From: an uncultured Planctomycetales bacterium
GTDB lineage: Bacteria; Omnitrophota; Gorgyraeia; Gygaellales; Profunditerraquicolaceae
Direction of reading: 5' to 3'
Assembly (NCBI GenBank): GCA_964487475.1
Contig: CAZAPM010000006.1
Span: 21,702-85,701, forward strand
DNA length: 64,000 nt
Of this stretch, positions 1 to 8,437 are shown piece after piece; the stretch's first letter is position 1, and every line of letters starts with the position of its first letter. The notes beneath the pieces were generated by a model. That model searched no databases, had not been told where the DNA came from, and saw only the letters and a list, made by a program, of their open reading frames with translations. The position numbers were made by a program, and so were the translations under genes.

Positions 1-225
1 CGCTTCCTGGACCGCCGTCACGGCCGCATCCACCGCGACCTCCGGCTTAGGCTCGGGGGTCTTCATCTCACCGGCTGCAGGCGCGCCGTCGGTAGGCAGC
101 GTGCTCAACGCCGACATGGAAAGCGAATCCTGGGACAACTCGGAAGATTCCTTTTTTCCGCATCCCGCCATTGCCAATGATACCGAAACCGCCGCCACCG
201 CCGCTACTGCCACTGCCTTGTTCAT
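1..225 (-). CDS. Lipoprotein, N-terminal fragment; gene continues beyond window start
   Basis: Minus-strand ATG at 225-223 behind a GGGGAGG RBS. Translation MNKAVAVAAVAAVSVSLAMAGCGKKESS has a signal peptide and lipobox (LAMAGC). The ORF runs off the window edge. Confidence 0.4.
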   Translation of the reverse strand, partial: MNKAVAVAAVAAVSVSLAMAGCGKKESSELSQDSLSMSALSTLPTDGAPAAGEMKTPEPKPEVAVDAAVTAVQEA

Positions 226-244
226 TTCCCGCCTCCCCGGTTGA

Positions 245-724
245 CTACTTCCGATATGTGTGAAGAATCCTGATGATCTCTTTCTTATCCTTGGCCTGCT
301 TCAACAGCTCCACCACGAACTTATCCTTGACCACGCGGGAGATCTCCGCGAGTATCTTCAAATGCATCCCCACCTGCTCCTGGGGGGAAGCCAGCGCGAA
401 AAAGAGAAAGGTCTTCTCACCGTCCAGCGCCCCGAAATCGACCCCCTCTTTGCGCCGGCCGAACACCAGCACGAAATCCTTGGCCACCTTGGTCTTGGCA
501 TGGGGGATCGCCACCCCGTTGCCGATCCCCGTCGAGCCGAGCGCTTCGCGTTCCAGGATCGCCTTGAGAAAGGCTTTCTGGTTCGCCAGCTTGCTGGACT
601 GACCGGCGAGTTCGGAAAGCTCCGCGATCACCTGCGGCTTGGTCTGGCCCTCCAGAGAAAGGCTGATATATTTCTCCTTGAGCAGGGAGACCAGGGTAAC
701 GCTCTTCGCTTCCTTTGCACACAT
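245..724 (-). CDS. ptsN: PTS EIIA type-2 (PtsN/EIIA-Ntr-like) regulatory protein
   Basis: The track ORF 245..1021 carries a C-terminal about 150 aa PTS_EIIA_2 domain (GIGNGVAIPHAK). The upstream part overlaps the MFS gene, so the start was moved to the in-frame ATG at 724 (MCAKEAKSVTLV), giving 160 aa. Confidence 0.65.
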   Translation of the reverse strand: MCAKEAKSVTLVSLLKEKYISLSLEGQTKPQVIAELSELAGQSSKLANQKAFLKAILEREALGSTGIGNGVAIPHAKTKVAKDFVLVFGRRKEGVDFGALDGEKTFLFFALASPQEQVGMHLKILAEISRVVKDKFVVELLKQAKDKKEIIRILHTYRK

Positions 725-738
725 ACGCACTGCTCCTT

Positions 739-1935
739 CTATAGTTCCAGCATCTGCGGAAACCGCAGGGGGATCACCACAAAAAAGAACACGCAGATCA
801 GACCGCTTGCCGCCACTGCCGCCGACACCCCCCACTGGTGCGCCAGCCATCCGCCGAGCAGGTTGCCGAATGGCATCAGCCCGGCGAAGGTGAAAAGAAA
901 GGCGCTCATGATCCGGCCGCGGATATGATCCGGCACGGTCGCCTGCAATAACGTATTGATGAGGCTGGAGGTCGTGACCGCTCCCCACCCCACCAGCATC
1001 AGCAGCGCCAGGGAAAGCCATACCGTATGCGAACAGGCGAATGCCGTGAGCGCCGCGCCGAAGACCAGGGATGAGGCCGCCAGCAGCCTGCCTTTGCGGG
1101 GAAAGTCCCCGCGGCGAGCCAGCAGCAACGCCGCCAGAAGCGCCCCGCAGCCGGCAGCGGACATCAAGGCGCCCAGGCCGCGGATACCGGTATGCAGCAC
1201 GCGTTCGGCGAACAGGGGCATGAGGATGATATAAGAAAGACCGAAAAGGCTCATGATACCCATGATCACCAGAAGCAGCAATACCTGGCGGTGCGCGCGG
1301 ATATACCGCAGCGCATCCCGCACTTCGCTCACCCAGGAGCCGGTCTGCGGCTCACGGGGGATATGGCGGTTGCGGATGCTCAAAAGAGCGAAGATCACGG
1401 CGAGAAAACTCACGCCGTTAAGATAAAAACACCCGCTCATCCCGATCACGGCGACAAACACACCGCCGAGCGCCGGCCCGATGATCCGGGCGGAATTGAA
1501 CGCCGCGGAGTTAAGCGCGATCGCGTTCATCAGATGCTTCTTGCCCACCAGCTCCACGACCATCGCCTGCCGGCTGGGGGCGTCGAACGCCATCACTGCG
1601 CCGTTAAGAAGAGCGATTACCATTATATGCCAAGTCTGCACGATTTGCAACTGTGTTAACAGCCCCAGCGCAAAGGCCAGGACCATGAAGATGTTCTGGG
1701 TCACCAGCAGGATGGCGCGCTTGTTCACCCGGTCCGCGACCACCCCGGCGAACGCGGTAAGGAAGAACATGGGGATGGCGCTCAAGAACCCGACCAGGCC
1801 CAGCAGGAACGCGGAATTCGTCAGCTGGAATACCAGCCAGCTCTGGGAAACGCTCTGGATCCAGGTGCCGATCAGGGAGACCAGCATCCCCGCCCAGTAA
1901 ATGCGAAAATCCCTGATCTTAAGGGAAGAGAACAT
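739..1935 (-). CDS. MFS transporter (DHA3/EntS-like)
   Basis: 398 aa with 12 predicted TM segments and MFS motifs (GVVADRVNKR; GPALGG). Confidence 0.8.
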   Translation of the reverse strand: MFSSLKIRDFRIYWAGMLVSLIGTWIQSVSQSWLVFQLTNSAFLLGLVGFLSAIPMFFLTAFAGVVADRVNKRAILLVTQNIFMVLAFALGLLTQLQIVQTWHIMVIALLNGAVMAFDAPSRQAMVVELVGKKHLMNAIALNSAAFNSARIIGPALGGVFVAVIGMSGCFYLNGVSFLAVIFALLSIRNRHIPREPQTGSWVSEVRDALRYIRAHRQVLLLLVIMGIMSLFGLSYIILMPLFAERVLHTGIRGLGALMSAAGCGALLAALLLARRGDFPRKGRLLAASSLVFGAALTAFACSHTVWLSLALLMLVGWGAVTTSSLINTLLQATVPDHIRGRIMSAFLFTFAGLMPFGNLLGGWLAHQWGVSAAVAASGLICVFFFVVIPLRFPQMLEL

Positions 1936-1943
1936 GCGCGGCG

Positions 1944-2315
1944 TTACGGAGAGATATCCGCGAGATAACTGAGGAGCGTGCGGATAGGCCCGGGATCGGA
2001 GAATTCGAATTTCACGCCCGAATAATACCAGGATTCCTTATGCCGGCGGTAGGTCCGGGTGACCTTACCGAATACCCGCTGCATCACCGGGTTTCCCGGG
2101 AGATTGAAACGGAGCTCGATCCTGGTGCCGGGGAGTATCTTTTTCTCCGTGGTCATCAGGAAGACCCCTCCCTTGGAAATATTGATGATCTCGGGAGTGA
2201 CTTCCCTGACGCTTCCGTCGGGCGCCAGGTGCACCAGGGACACCGGCAGCGAAGCCTTGGGTTCATATCGAGGGTCCTTGCGCCGGTTGAAAGGCTTGAG
2301 CTTTCTCAAAAACAT
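1944..2315 (-). CDS. PilZ domain protein (putative c-di-GMP receptor)
   Basis: 123 aa with an RxxxR...D/NxSxGG-like pattern (RRKDPR ... NISKGGVF). Lies 31 bp downstream of hydF on the same strand. Confidence 0.55.
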   Translation of the reverse strand: MFLRKLKPFNRRKDPRYEPKASLPVSLVHLAPDGSVREVTPEIINISKGGVFLMTTEKKILPGTRIELRFNLPGNPVMQRVFGKVTRTYRRHKESWYYSGVKFEFSDPGPIRTLLSYLADISP

Positions 2316-2346
2316 GACAGTATTGTAACTCCGTTATCCCCGGTTT

Positions 2347-3600
2347 TCAATCCAAAACTTCGCCTTTCGCCTTCCGGTACGCCTCCAGGGCTGCCGGGAA
2401 CGGTTCCAGCACCCGGGAGACCACCCCCTGCAGGGCGCTGATGCACACCCCGTAGTTGGTCACCGCGACCCCTTCGGCGCGCGCCTTCTGGATGCGGGAG
2501 AGCATCTCCCGGCGGTTCATCATGCACCCGCCGCAGTGTACCACTAGCTTATACTCATGCAAAGTCTCGGGATAATCCCTCCCCGAGACCACATCCACCG
2601 CGATATCCGCGCCGATGTACTGGCGTATCCAGCGGGGGATCTTCACCCTGCCGATATCGTCCTCGATGGCGTGATGGCTGCACGACTCGGCGATGAGCAC
2701 CTTATCCCCGCGCGAAAGCCTCTCCAGCACCGCCGCCCCGCGGCTGGACTCGATAAGATCGCCTTTATACCGGGAAAACAGTGTGGAGAACGTAGTGCAG
2801 CGGATATCCCTGGGCGTATCGGCGACCACCTTAAGCACCACCTGCGAATCGCAGACCACGATATCGGGTTTGACGGAAAGGTTTTTTAACATCGCCCCGT
2901 ACTCCCGCTCCTTGACCACCAGGGCGGCTGCGTCGGAATCCAGCGCCTCGCGGATCACCTGCACCTGCGGCAGGATGAGCCTGCCCTTGGGCGCCTGCAG
3001 ATCGATGGGCACCACCATGACCGCGATCCCTCCGGGGGAAAGCAGGTCGGAGATCAGGGGAGGCGGATTGAGGAACTCATCCGGGCAGACCTCCAGAAGA
3101 AGGCGGGTAAGGGTACTCACGTAAAATTCCCGCTTCGCCGTATCGATGCTCGAGGAGACCATCATACGGGCCGATCCCGCCTTGACCGTCTCGAGGAACC
3201 CGGGGGAAGGATCCGCCGTATCGCATTTATTGACCACCGCGATCAGAGGCGCCTTGCGGCTGCGCGCTTCGGCGACCACCCCCTCCTCATACTCCCCCCA
3301 GATATTGGGCTCGCAGATAAGTAGGACCACTTCGCTGCGGGTGAAGACCTGTCTGGTTTTTTTGAGGCGCAGTGGCGAGAGCACCGAAGCATCGTCGAGC
3401 CCGGCGGTATCCAGGAACACCACCGGCCCCAAAGGCAGAAGCTCCATGACCTTCTCCACCACATCCGTGGTGGTGCCGGCGACCGGGGAAGTAATGGCCA
3501 CGTCCTGGCCTGCCACCAGGTTAAGGAAGCTCGATTTCCCGACGTTGGTGCGGCCGAATATGCCGATGTGCAGGCGAAGCGCCTTAGGCGTTTTTTCCAT
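2347..3600 (-). CDS. hydF: [FeFe]-hydrogenase maturase HydF (GTPase scaffold)
   Basis: N-terminal GTPase (GRTNVGKSS; DTAG; NKCD) and C-terminal CxH...HCxxC FeS motif (ESCSHH ... HCGGC). Start moved to the ATG at 3600 (MEKTPK). Confidence 0.85.
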   Translation of the reverse strand: MEKTPKALRLHIGIFGRTNVGKSSFLNLVAGQDVAITSPVAGTTTDVVEKVMELLPLGPVVFLDTAGLDDASVLSPLRLKKTRQVFTRSEVVLLICEPNIWGEYEEGVVAEARSRKAPLIAVVNKCDTADPSPGFLETVKAGSARMMVSSSIDTAKREFYVSTLTRLLLEVCPDEFLNPPPLISDLLSPGGIAVMVVPIDLQAPKGRLILPQVQVIREALDSDAAALVVKEREYGAMLKNLSVKPDIVVCDSQVVLKVVADTPRDIRCTTFSTLFSRYKGDLIESSRGAAVLERLSRGDKVLIAESCSHHAIEDDIGRVKIPRWIRQYIGADIAVDVVSGRDYPETLHEYKLVVHCGGCMMNRREMLSRIQKARAEGVAVTNYGVCISALQGVVSRVLEPFPAALEAYRKAKGEVLD

Positions 3601-4972
3601 GGTCGCGGAACCCCAGAGAGGTAAGGTTATGCGGATCGAGCACTCTGTCAACCAGTTCGGCGCCGAGCTTCTCGACGAGGAACGCACGCACCGAAAGCGC
3701 GCGCCCGCTTCGGCTGCGGTACTCCTGCGCCAGCGCAGTAGCTTTCTCGTATCCTATGTGCGGCAAAAACGCCGTGATCAGGGTGATGCTTTTATCAAAT
3801 GAGGCGCGGCAGGCATCGGGATCAGCGCTGATACCGGAAATATGTTCCGCGAATATCGGCGAGAGGGCAAGCAGAAGCTCCAGTGACTCGAGGATGCTCT
3901 GGGAAAGCAGCGGCATGAACTCGTTGATCTGGAATGTTGCCTTTGCGCAACAATCCGTGATAAGCGCGTCATTGGCAATCACTTTCATGCCTGTCTGTAT
4001 GGCGGCTTCCAGGATCACCGGGTTGACCTTGCCCGCCATGACGGATGAGCCGGCCTGCCTGGCGGGCAGCGCGATCTCGCCCAAAAGGGACATCATCCTG
4101 AGGTCGTTGCTGACCTTGATCAGGTTGACGGCATGGCTTTTCAGTATCCCGGAGACCTCGACAAAACAATCGGTGTTGGCGGTGGCATCCAGGGAATTCT
4201 CCCCGCGGGAAAGACCCATCCCGGTCCCTTCGCGCAGCTTCTCGATCACCAGGAAGATGTAACTGCGGGGCGCGGTCAATCCGGTGCCTACGGCCGTGCC
4301 TCCGATGTTGACCACGCGCAGCCGCTCCTCGCATTTGAAGGTGCGCCAGCGGTCGCGGGAGAAAGCCTCGGCAAAGGCGCCGAACTCGGCGCCCAGGGTG
4401 ATCGGCACCGCTTCCTGCATCTCCGTGCGCCCGATCTTGACCACCGCGGCGAACTCCTTCTCCTTTTTTTGGAACGCTCCCTGCACGGCAGCGATCTCCT
4501 GATTGAGCAGCCGGAACGCCTCGATACAGGCGATCTTTAACGCCGTCGGATACACATCATTGGTGGACTGATGCAGGTTGACGTCTTCCACGGGATGTAT
4601 CCCCGCATAATCGCCTTTGGCTTTACCGAGGATCTCCAGCGCGCGGTTGGCAAGCACCTCGTTGACGTTCATGTTGGTGGACGTGCCCGCCCCTCCCTGC
4701 AGGGCAGCGACGGGGAACTGGTCGGCATACGCTCCCTGCGCGACCTCGTCGCAGGCGCTGATGATCGCCCGGGACTTTACCGCATCGAGATACCCCAGCT
4801 CGGCGTTCGCCTGGGCGCAGGCTTTCTTGACATGCGCCAGCGCGCGGATAAGGCGCGGCTGCACTCCCGGGCCCGGGAAAGGGAAATTCTCCAAAGCCCG
4901 CTGCGTATGGATCCCCCAATACGCCTCCTGCGGCACCTGCTTCTCTCCCAGCATATCCTTCTCAACCCTCAT
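3584..4972 (-). CDS. aspA: Aspartate ammonia-lyase family protein (AspA-like) embedded in the hyd maturase operon
   Basis: Fumarase/aspartase signature GSSVMAGKVNP. N-terminus MRVEKDMLGEKQVPQEAYWGIHTQRALENF is aspartase-like. ATG at 4972 overlaps the hydE stop (ATGA). Confidence 0.8.
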   Translation of the reverse strand: MRVEKDMLGEKQVPQEAYWGIHTQRALENFPFPGPGVQPRLIRALAHVKKACAQANAELGYLDAVKSRAIISACDEVAQGAYADQFPVAALQGGAGTSTNMNVNEVLANRALEILGKAKGDYAGIHPVEDVNLHQSTNDVYPTALKIACIEAFRLLNQEIAAVQGAFQKKEKEFAAVVKIGRTEMQEAVPITLGAEFGAFAEAFSRDRWRTFKCEERLRVVNIGGTAVGTGLTAPRSYIFLVIEKLREGTGMGLSRGENSLDATANTDCFVEVSGILKSHAVNLIKVSNDLRMMSLLGEIALPARQAGSSVMAGKVNPVILEAAIQTGMKVIANDALITDCCAKATFQINEFMPLLSQSILESLELLLALSPIFAEHISGISADPDACRASFDKSITLITAFLPHIGYEKATALAQEYRSRSGRALSVRAFLVEKLGAELVDRVLDPHNLTSLGFRDHGKNA

Positions 4973-6075
4973 TTTAGGGACGCTCCTAAAGGGGACGCCC
5001 CTAAAGGGGACACCCCCGCAGAAGGCGGGGCACCGGCCGCTTCCTCTTGGGCCGGGTGCGCAGAAGGCGGGCGTTTTATCGCATCGCCTCTGGAATAGTC
5101 GATAAAGCGGCCGAGGCTCTTGGCCACCGCCTCCATACATCCGACACAGGCCCCCTCTTTCTCCTCGATACATTTCTTCCCGGGATAGATCTCGTATAAT
5201 TTCCGGTACTTGACCGGGGTAAAATTGGGCATGATCACGTTGGCGCCGGCTTTCAAACCTTCCAGGCGGTAATCCTTCTCCAGGCTCCCCAAAGCGGTAG
5301 TGGCCGGAAGATGCGGGGTTCTCACCGCGATACGGGTCACGGCAAGCGCCTTTAAGGTCAAGGCCACCTCCCCGTGCAGCTGTTCGGCCAAAGGCGTCTG
5401 GCGGTGAGGGATAAAAGGGCCGATGCCGATCATCTCGAAATCGAAACTCTTGTAGAAAAGGATATCCTCGGCGATGGTCTCTAAGGTCTGCCCTTTAAGG
5501 CCGATGATCCCGCCGGATCCGGTCTGGTATCCGAGCTTCTTGAGCGCGCGCAGGCACTGCACGCGGTGCTCGAAGCTCATCCCCGGATGCAGGGACTCGT
5601 AAAGCTTGCGGTTCGCGGTCTCGATCTTGAGCAGGTAACGGTCAGCGCCGGCATCCTTCCACAGCGCATACTCCGCTTCGGGACGCTCGCCCACGCAAAG
5701 GGTGACCGCCATATCCGCATGCCGGGACTTGATCTGCGCGACCAGCTCCGCCAGCCAGCGGGGATCGAGGGAATCCTCCTCCCCGGATTGCAGCACCACG
5801 GTCTTCATCCGGCACTCCGCGATCTTATCCACCGCGGCCAGGACCTCCTCGCTGCTCATACGGTAGCGCGGCAGCGCGGTATTATTCTTGTTGAGCCCGC
5901 AGTAATAGCAGGTGTTGCGGCAATGATTGGAGAATTCCACGATACCGCGCAGCAATATCCCCTCGCCCATGTACGTGCGGCGCACTTCGTCCGCATGCGA
6001 GAAGAGTTCCTGCAACGCGGCATCCTCCGTCCGCGAAAGCAATTCCACGATATCCCGGATATTAGACGTATTCAT
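4969..6075 (-). CDS. hydE: [FeFe]-hydrogenase maturase HydE (radical SAM)
   Basis: CRNTCYYCGL radical-SAM motif and BioB/HydE-like fold. The low-complexity C-terminal tail is encoded by the tandem repeat at 4976-5017. Confidence 0.85.
   Translation of the reverse strand: MNTSNIRDIVELLSRTEDAALQELFSHADEVRRTYMGEGILLRGIVEFSNHCRNTCYYCGLNKNNTALPRYRMSSEEVLAAVDKIAECRMKTVVLQSGEEDSLDPRWLAELVAQIKSRHADMAVTLCVGERPEAEYALWKDAGADRYLLKIETANRKLYESLHPGMSFEHRVQCLRALKKLGYQTGSGGIIGLKGQTLETIAEDILFYKSFDFEMIGIGPFIPHRQTPLAEQLHGEVALTLKALAVTRIAVRTPHLPATTALGSLEKDYRLEGLKAGANVIMPNFTPVKYRKLYEIYPGKKCIEEKEGACVGCMEAVAKSLGRFIDYSRGDAIKRPPSAHPAQEEAAGAPPSAGVSPLGASPLGASLK
4976..5017. repeat. Tandem 15-bp GC-rich repeat (GGGACGCTCCTAAAG x about 3), member of a short dispersed repeat family
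   Basis: Read directly. Encodes the hydE C-terminal tail (PLGASPLGASLK). Confidence 0.6.
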
Positions 6076-7447
6076 CGCGCGCCCCCTGAGCGATGTGCGC
6101 GAAGAACGCCTCCACGCACTGCTTATCCTCCGGCGGAAGTTTCGCCTTAAGCTCCTCGATCATCCGGTATCCGGCATCCCGGGTCTTCGGGGAGCCGAAA
6201 TCATCGAGGTACTCCCGCAGGGTGATCAGGGCATTCATGCTGCACTTACCCTTGATGGTGCCGGGCTTGGCCAGGTCCATGAACGCCTCTCCGGTGCGCT
6301 CCTTGCGGTAACAGGCGGCGCAAAAACTCGGGATGAACCCGCGCTCGATCAGGGAAGCCATCACCTCGTCGAGGGAACGGGTATCGCTTAAGGTGAACTG
6401 CTCGGCAGCGCCTTCGCGCTCGTCGTTGTACCCGCCGGGATTGGTACGGCTCTCCGCGCTGACCTGCGAGATGCCCAGGTTGAAAAGCTCGTCGCGCATA
6501 TCGGCGTTCTCGCGGGTGGAGAGGATGATGCCGGTGTAGGGGACCGCCAGGCGCAGCACCGCTACGATGCGCCGAAAATCCTCGTCGCGCACCTTATACT
6601 TCAGGTCCTTGACGAACTCCACCCCCTCCGCCGGCTCGATGCGAGGCACGGAGATAGTATGCGGGCCGACACGATGCTTCTTTTCCAGGGCCTCCACGTG
6701 CATGAGCATGGCCAGCGTATCGAATCTCCAGTCATACAGCCCGTAGAGTACGCCGATACCGATATCGTCGATCCCGGCGGCAAACGCCCGGTCGACCGCA
6801 TCGATGCGGTTATCCGGATCGGATTTCGGCCCCTTGGGGTGCACGTACCGGTACGTCTCTTCGTGATACGTCTCCTGGAATATCTGATAGGTGCCTATTC
6901 CCGCGGCTTTGAGCTTCCGGAATTCATCGACGGATAACGGCGCGGCGTTGACATTGACCCGCTTGATCTTATGCGGGCCGACGCTCACCTCGTAAATGGC
7001 TTTTACCGCATCCACATAATAATCGACAGGTGCGAGGCCTGGGATCCCCGCCTCGCCGCTGACCATCAGGATGCGCTTGTGGCCGCGCGTCAGGAGCCAG
7101 GAGACCTGCTCCTTGATCTCGGGGATGGAAAGCGCCCGGCGCCTGGTGGATGTATTGTCCGCCTTGAACGCACAGTAAAGGCAGGCATTGGCGCAAAGGT
7201 TGCTTATGTAAAGGGGCGCAAAAAGCACCACCCGCTTACCGTAGATGCGGTCCTTGACTTCGGCGGCAGCGGCAAATATCTCCCTGACCAACTCCGGGTC
7301 CCGGCAGCACAAAAGCGCGGCGGTTTCCTCGAGGGAAAGGCGGGTCAAGGTGCGACTCTTGGCCAGGATGGAGCGGATGCGCGCGGCAGTCGCCTGCGGC
7401 GCTTTGGAGATGATATCGAAGATCAACGCTTCGTCGATGTATCGCAT
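6062..7447 (-). CDS. hydG: [FeFe]-hydrogenase maturase HydG (radical SAM tyrosine lyase)
   Basis: CANACLYC radical-SAM motif, ThiH-like core, and C-terminal auxiliary-cluster motif CAACYRKERTGEAFMDLAKPGTIKGKC (CxxCx22C). Confidence 0.9.
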   Translation of the reverse strand: MRYIDEALIFDIISKAPQATAARIRSILAKSRTLTRLSLEETAALLCCRDPELVREIFAAAAEVKDRIYGKRVVLFAPLYISNLCANACLYCAFKADNTSTRRRALSIPEIKEQVSWLLTRGHKRILMVSGEAGIPGLAPVDYYVDAVKAIYEVSVGPHKIKRVNVNAAPLSVDEFRKLKAAGIGTYQIFQETYHEETYRYVHPKGPKSDPDNRIDAVDRAFAAGIDDIGIGVLYGLYDWRFDTLAMLMHVEALEKKHRVGPHTISVPRIEPAEGVEFVKDLKYKVRDEDFRRIVAVLRLAVPYTGIILSTRENADMRDELFNLGISQVSAESRTNPGGYNDEREGAAEQFTLSDTRSLDEVMASLIERGFIPSFCAACYRKERTGEAFMDLAKPGTIKGKCSMNALITLREYLDDFGSPKTRDAGYRMIEELKAKLPPEDKQCVEAFFAHIAQGARDEYV

Positions 7448-7459
7448 GTGAACCTTTCT

Positions 7460-7978
7460 TTACTCCCCGCACATCCAGGTACCGGAGGCGTCGCGGTGGC
7501 ACAGCTGCCACGCCGGAGCATCATACCAGAGCTGGAAGGTATCCTTCTGCGCATTGGGGATATAATGGAACCCGCTGTGCTGGAATGCAGGCGCGGGGAT
7601 GGATTTAAGATGGTCAGGGATCAGGTCCTGCAGGGTCTCGGGAAGCCGGCCCTTGGTGCTGCGGTACTCCTGAATGGCGGAGAACACCCTGTTCCCGTCT
7701 ATCTGGGAGAATTCATGCAGATGCTTCCTGCGCTCGAAGGCCATGCCCCGCACCATGAAGAACGCGCCCGCGGCCAGCGCCACCAGCAGTATCCCGGCGA
7801 TATTGCGCCGCACAAAGGAGGCGGCGATAAGCAGCAGAGAAATGATCCCGACACCCAGGAGAAAAAGCCCCATGAGCGCGGAGAAAATGAATCCGATCGC
7901 CATCACCGATGAGAAATAGAAAAATCCGACCGCGACCAGCACCAGCCCCAGGTACACCAGATACAGCCAATTGCCCAT
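7460..7978 (-). CDS. Uncharacterized membrane protein (3 TM helices plus soluble Cys-containing C-terminal domain) in the hyd maturase operon
   Basis: 172 aa ORF between the TM1266-like regulator gene and hydG, with short gaps on both sides. Hydrophobic N-terminal half. Confidence 0.5.
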   Translation of the reverse strand: MGNWLYLVYLGLVLVAVGFFYFSSVMAIGFIFSALMGLFLLGVGIISLLLIAASFVRRNIAGILLVALAAGAFFMVRGMAFERRKHLHEFSQIDGNRVFSAIQEYRSTKGRLPETLQDLIPDHLKSIPAPAFQHSGFHYIPNAQKDTFQLWYDAPAWQLCHRDASGTWMCGE

Positions 7979-7979
7979 C

Positions 7980-8231
7980 TTACCCTCCCTTGCTCAATGC
8001 CGACTTGACCGAAACCCCGGGCACCTTGCCGAGCTTGCCCGTCAACGCCCCCAACTCGTCGGTCGTGGCGTCCACGATCAGCGCGATGACGTTCATGTCC
8101 CGCTTGGCGTGCGGGATACCCATGCGACCGATGACCAGGCCGCCGAATTCGGTCAGTATCTCGTTGACCTTGGGCGCCGCGCCCTTCCTGTCCTCGATGA
8201 TCACACCCACGAACCCTAACCGCTTATCCAT
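7980..8231 (-). CDS. Putative iron-only hydrogenase system regulator (TM1266-like, NikR C-terminal/ACT-like)
   Basis: 83 aa (MDKRLGFVGVIIEDRKGA ... ), the size and pattern of the family found with hydEFG. AAGGAGG RBS. Confidence 0.6.
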   Translation of the reverse strand: MDKRLGFVGVIIEDRKGAAPKVNEILTEFGGLVIGRMGIPHAKRDMNVIALIVDATTDELGALTGKLGKVPGVSVKSALSKGG

Positions 8232-8247
8232 TCGACCTCCTTGAAGC

Positions 8248-8298
8248 AGGGACGGTTCTCCCTGGGGACACTTTTAACCGTAAATGAGAACCGTCCCT
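8248..8298 (-). promoter_or_regulatory. Stable 13-bp-stem hairpin in the leader 5 nt upstream of the RBS of the TM1266-like gene
   Basis: AGGGACGGTTCTC (8248-8260) pairs with GAGAACCGTCCCT (8286-8298). Its first arm resembles the GGGACGCTCCT repeat family. Confidence 0.4.
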
Positions 8299-8302
8299 AA
8301 CT

Positions 8303-8345
8303 AAACAAAAACGGTCTTACCGCAGCTGCCTGCAGTAAGACCGGG
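8303..8345 (-). terminator. Rho-independent terminator downstream of hydA (minus strand)
   Basis: Minus-strand reading CCGGTCTTACTGCAGGCAGCTGCGGTAAGACCG followed by TTTTTGTTT. Confidence 0.6.
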
Positions 8346-8437
8346 ATAAAATGAACCTATCTCGTTCTCCCTTGGGCTCAGAACGCGCACCTCGCGATTC
8401 CTTACCGCAGGCAATCGACACACACCGCACACCAGAA

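Noticed and set aside
245-1021. 258-aa track ORF as full-length ptsN
   Set aside because: The N-terminal 98 aa overlap the MFS gene and are non-coding-like. The start was moved to the ATG at 724.
4976-5017. Tandem repeats as a CRISPR array
   Set aside because: There are only about three 15-bp units with no spacers, and they lie inside a coding region. No cas genes are present.
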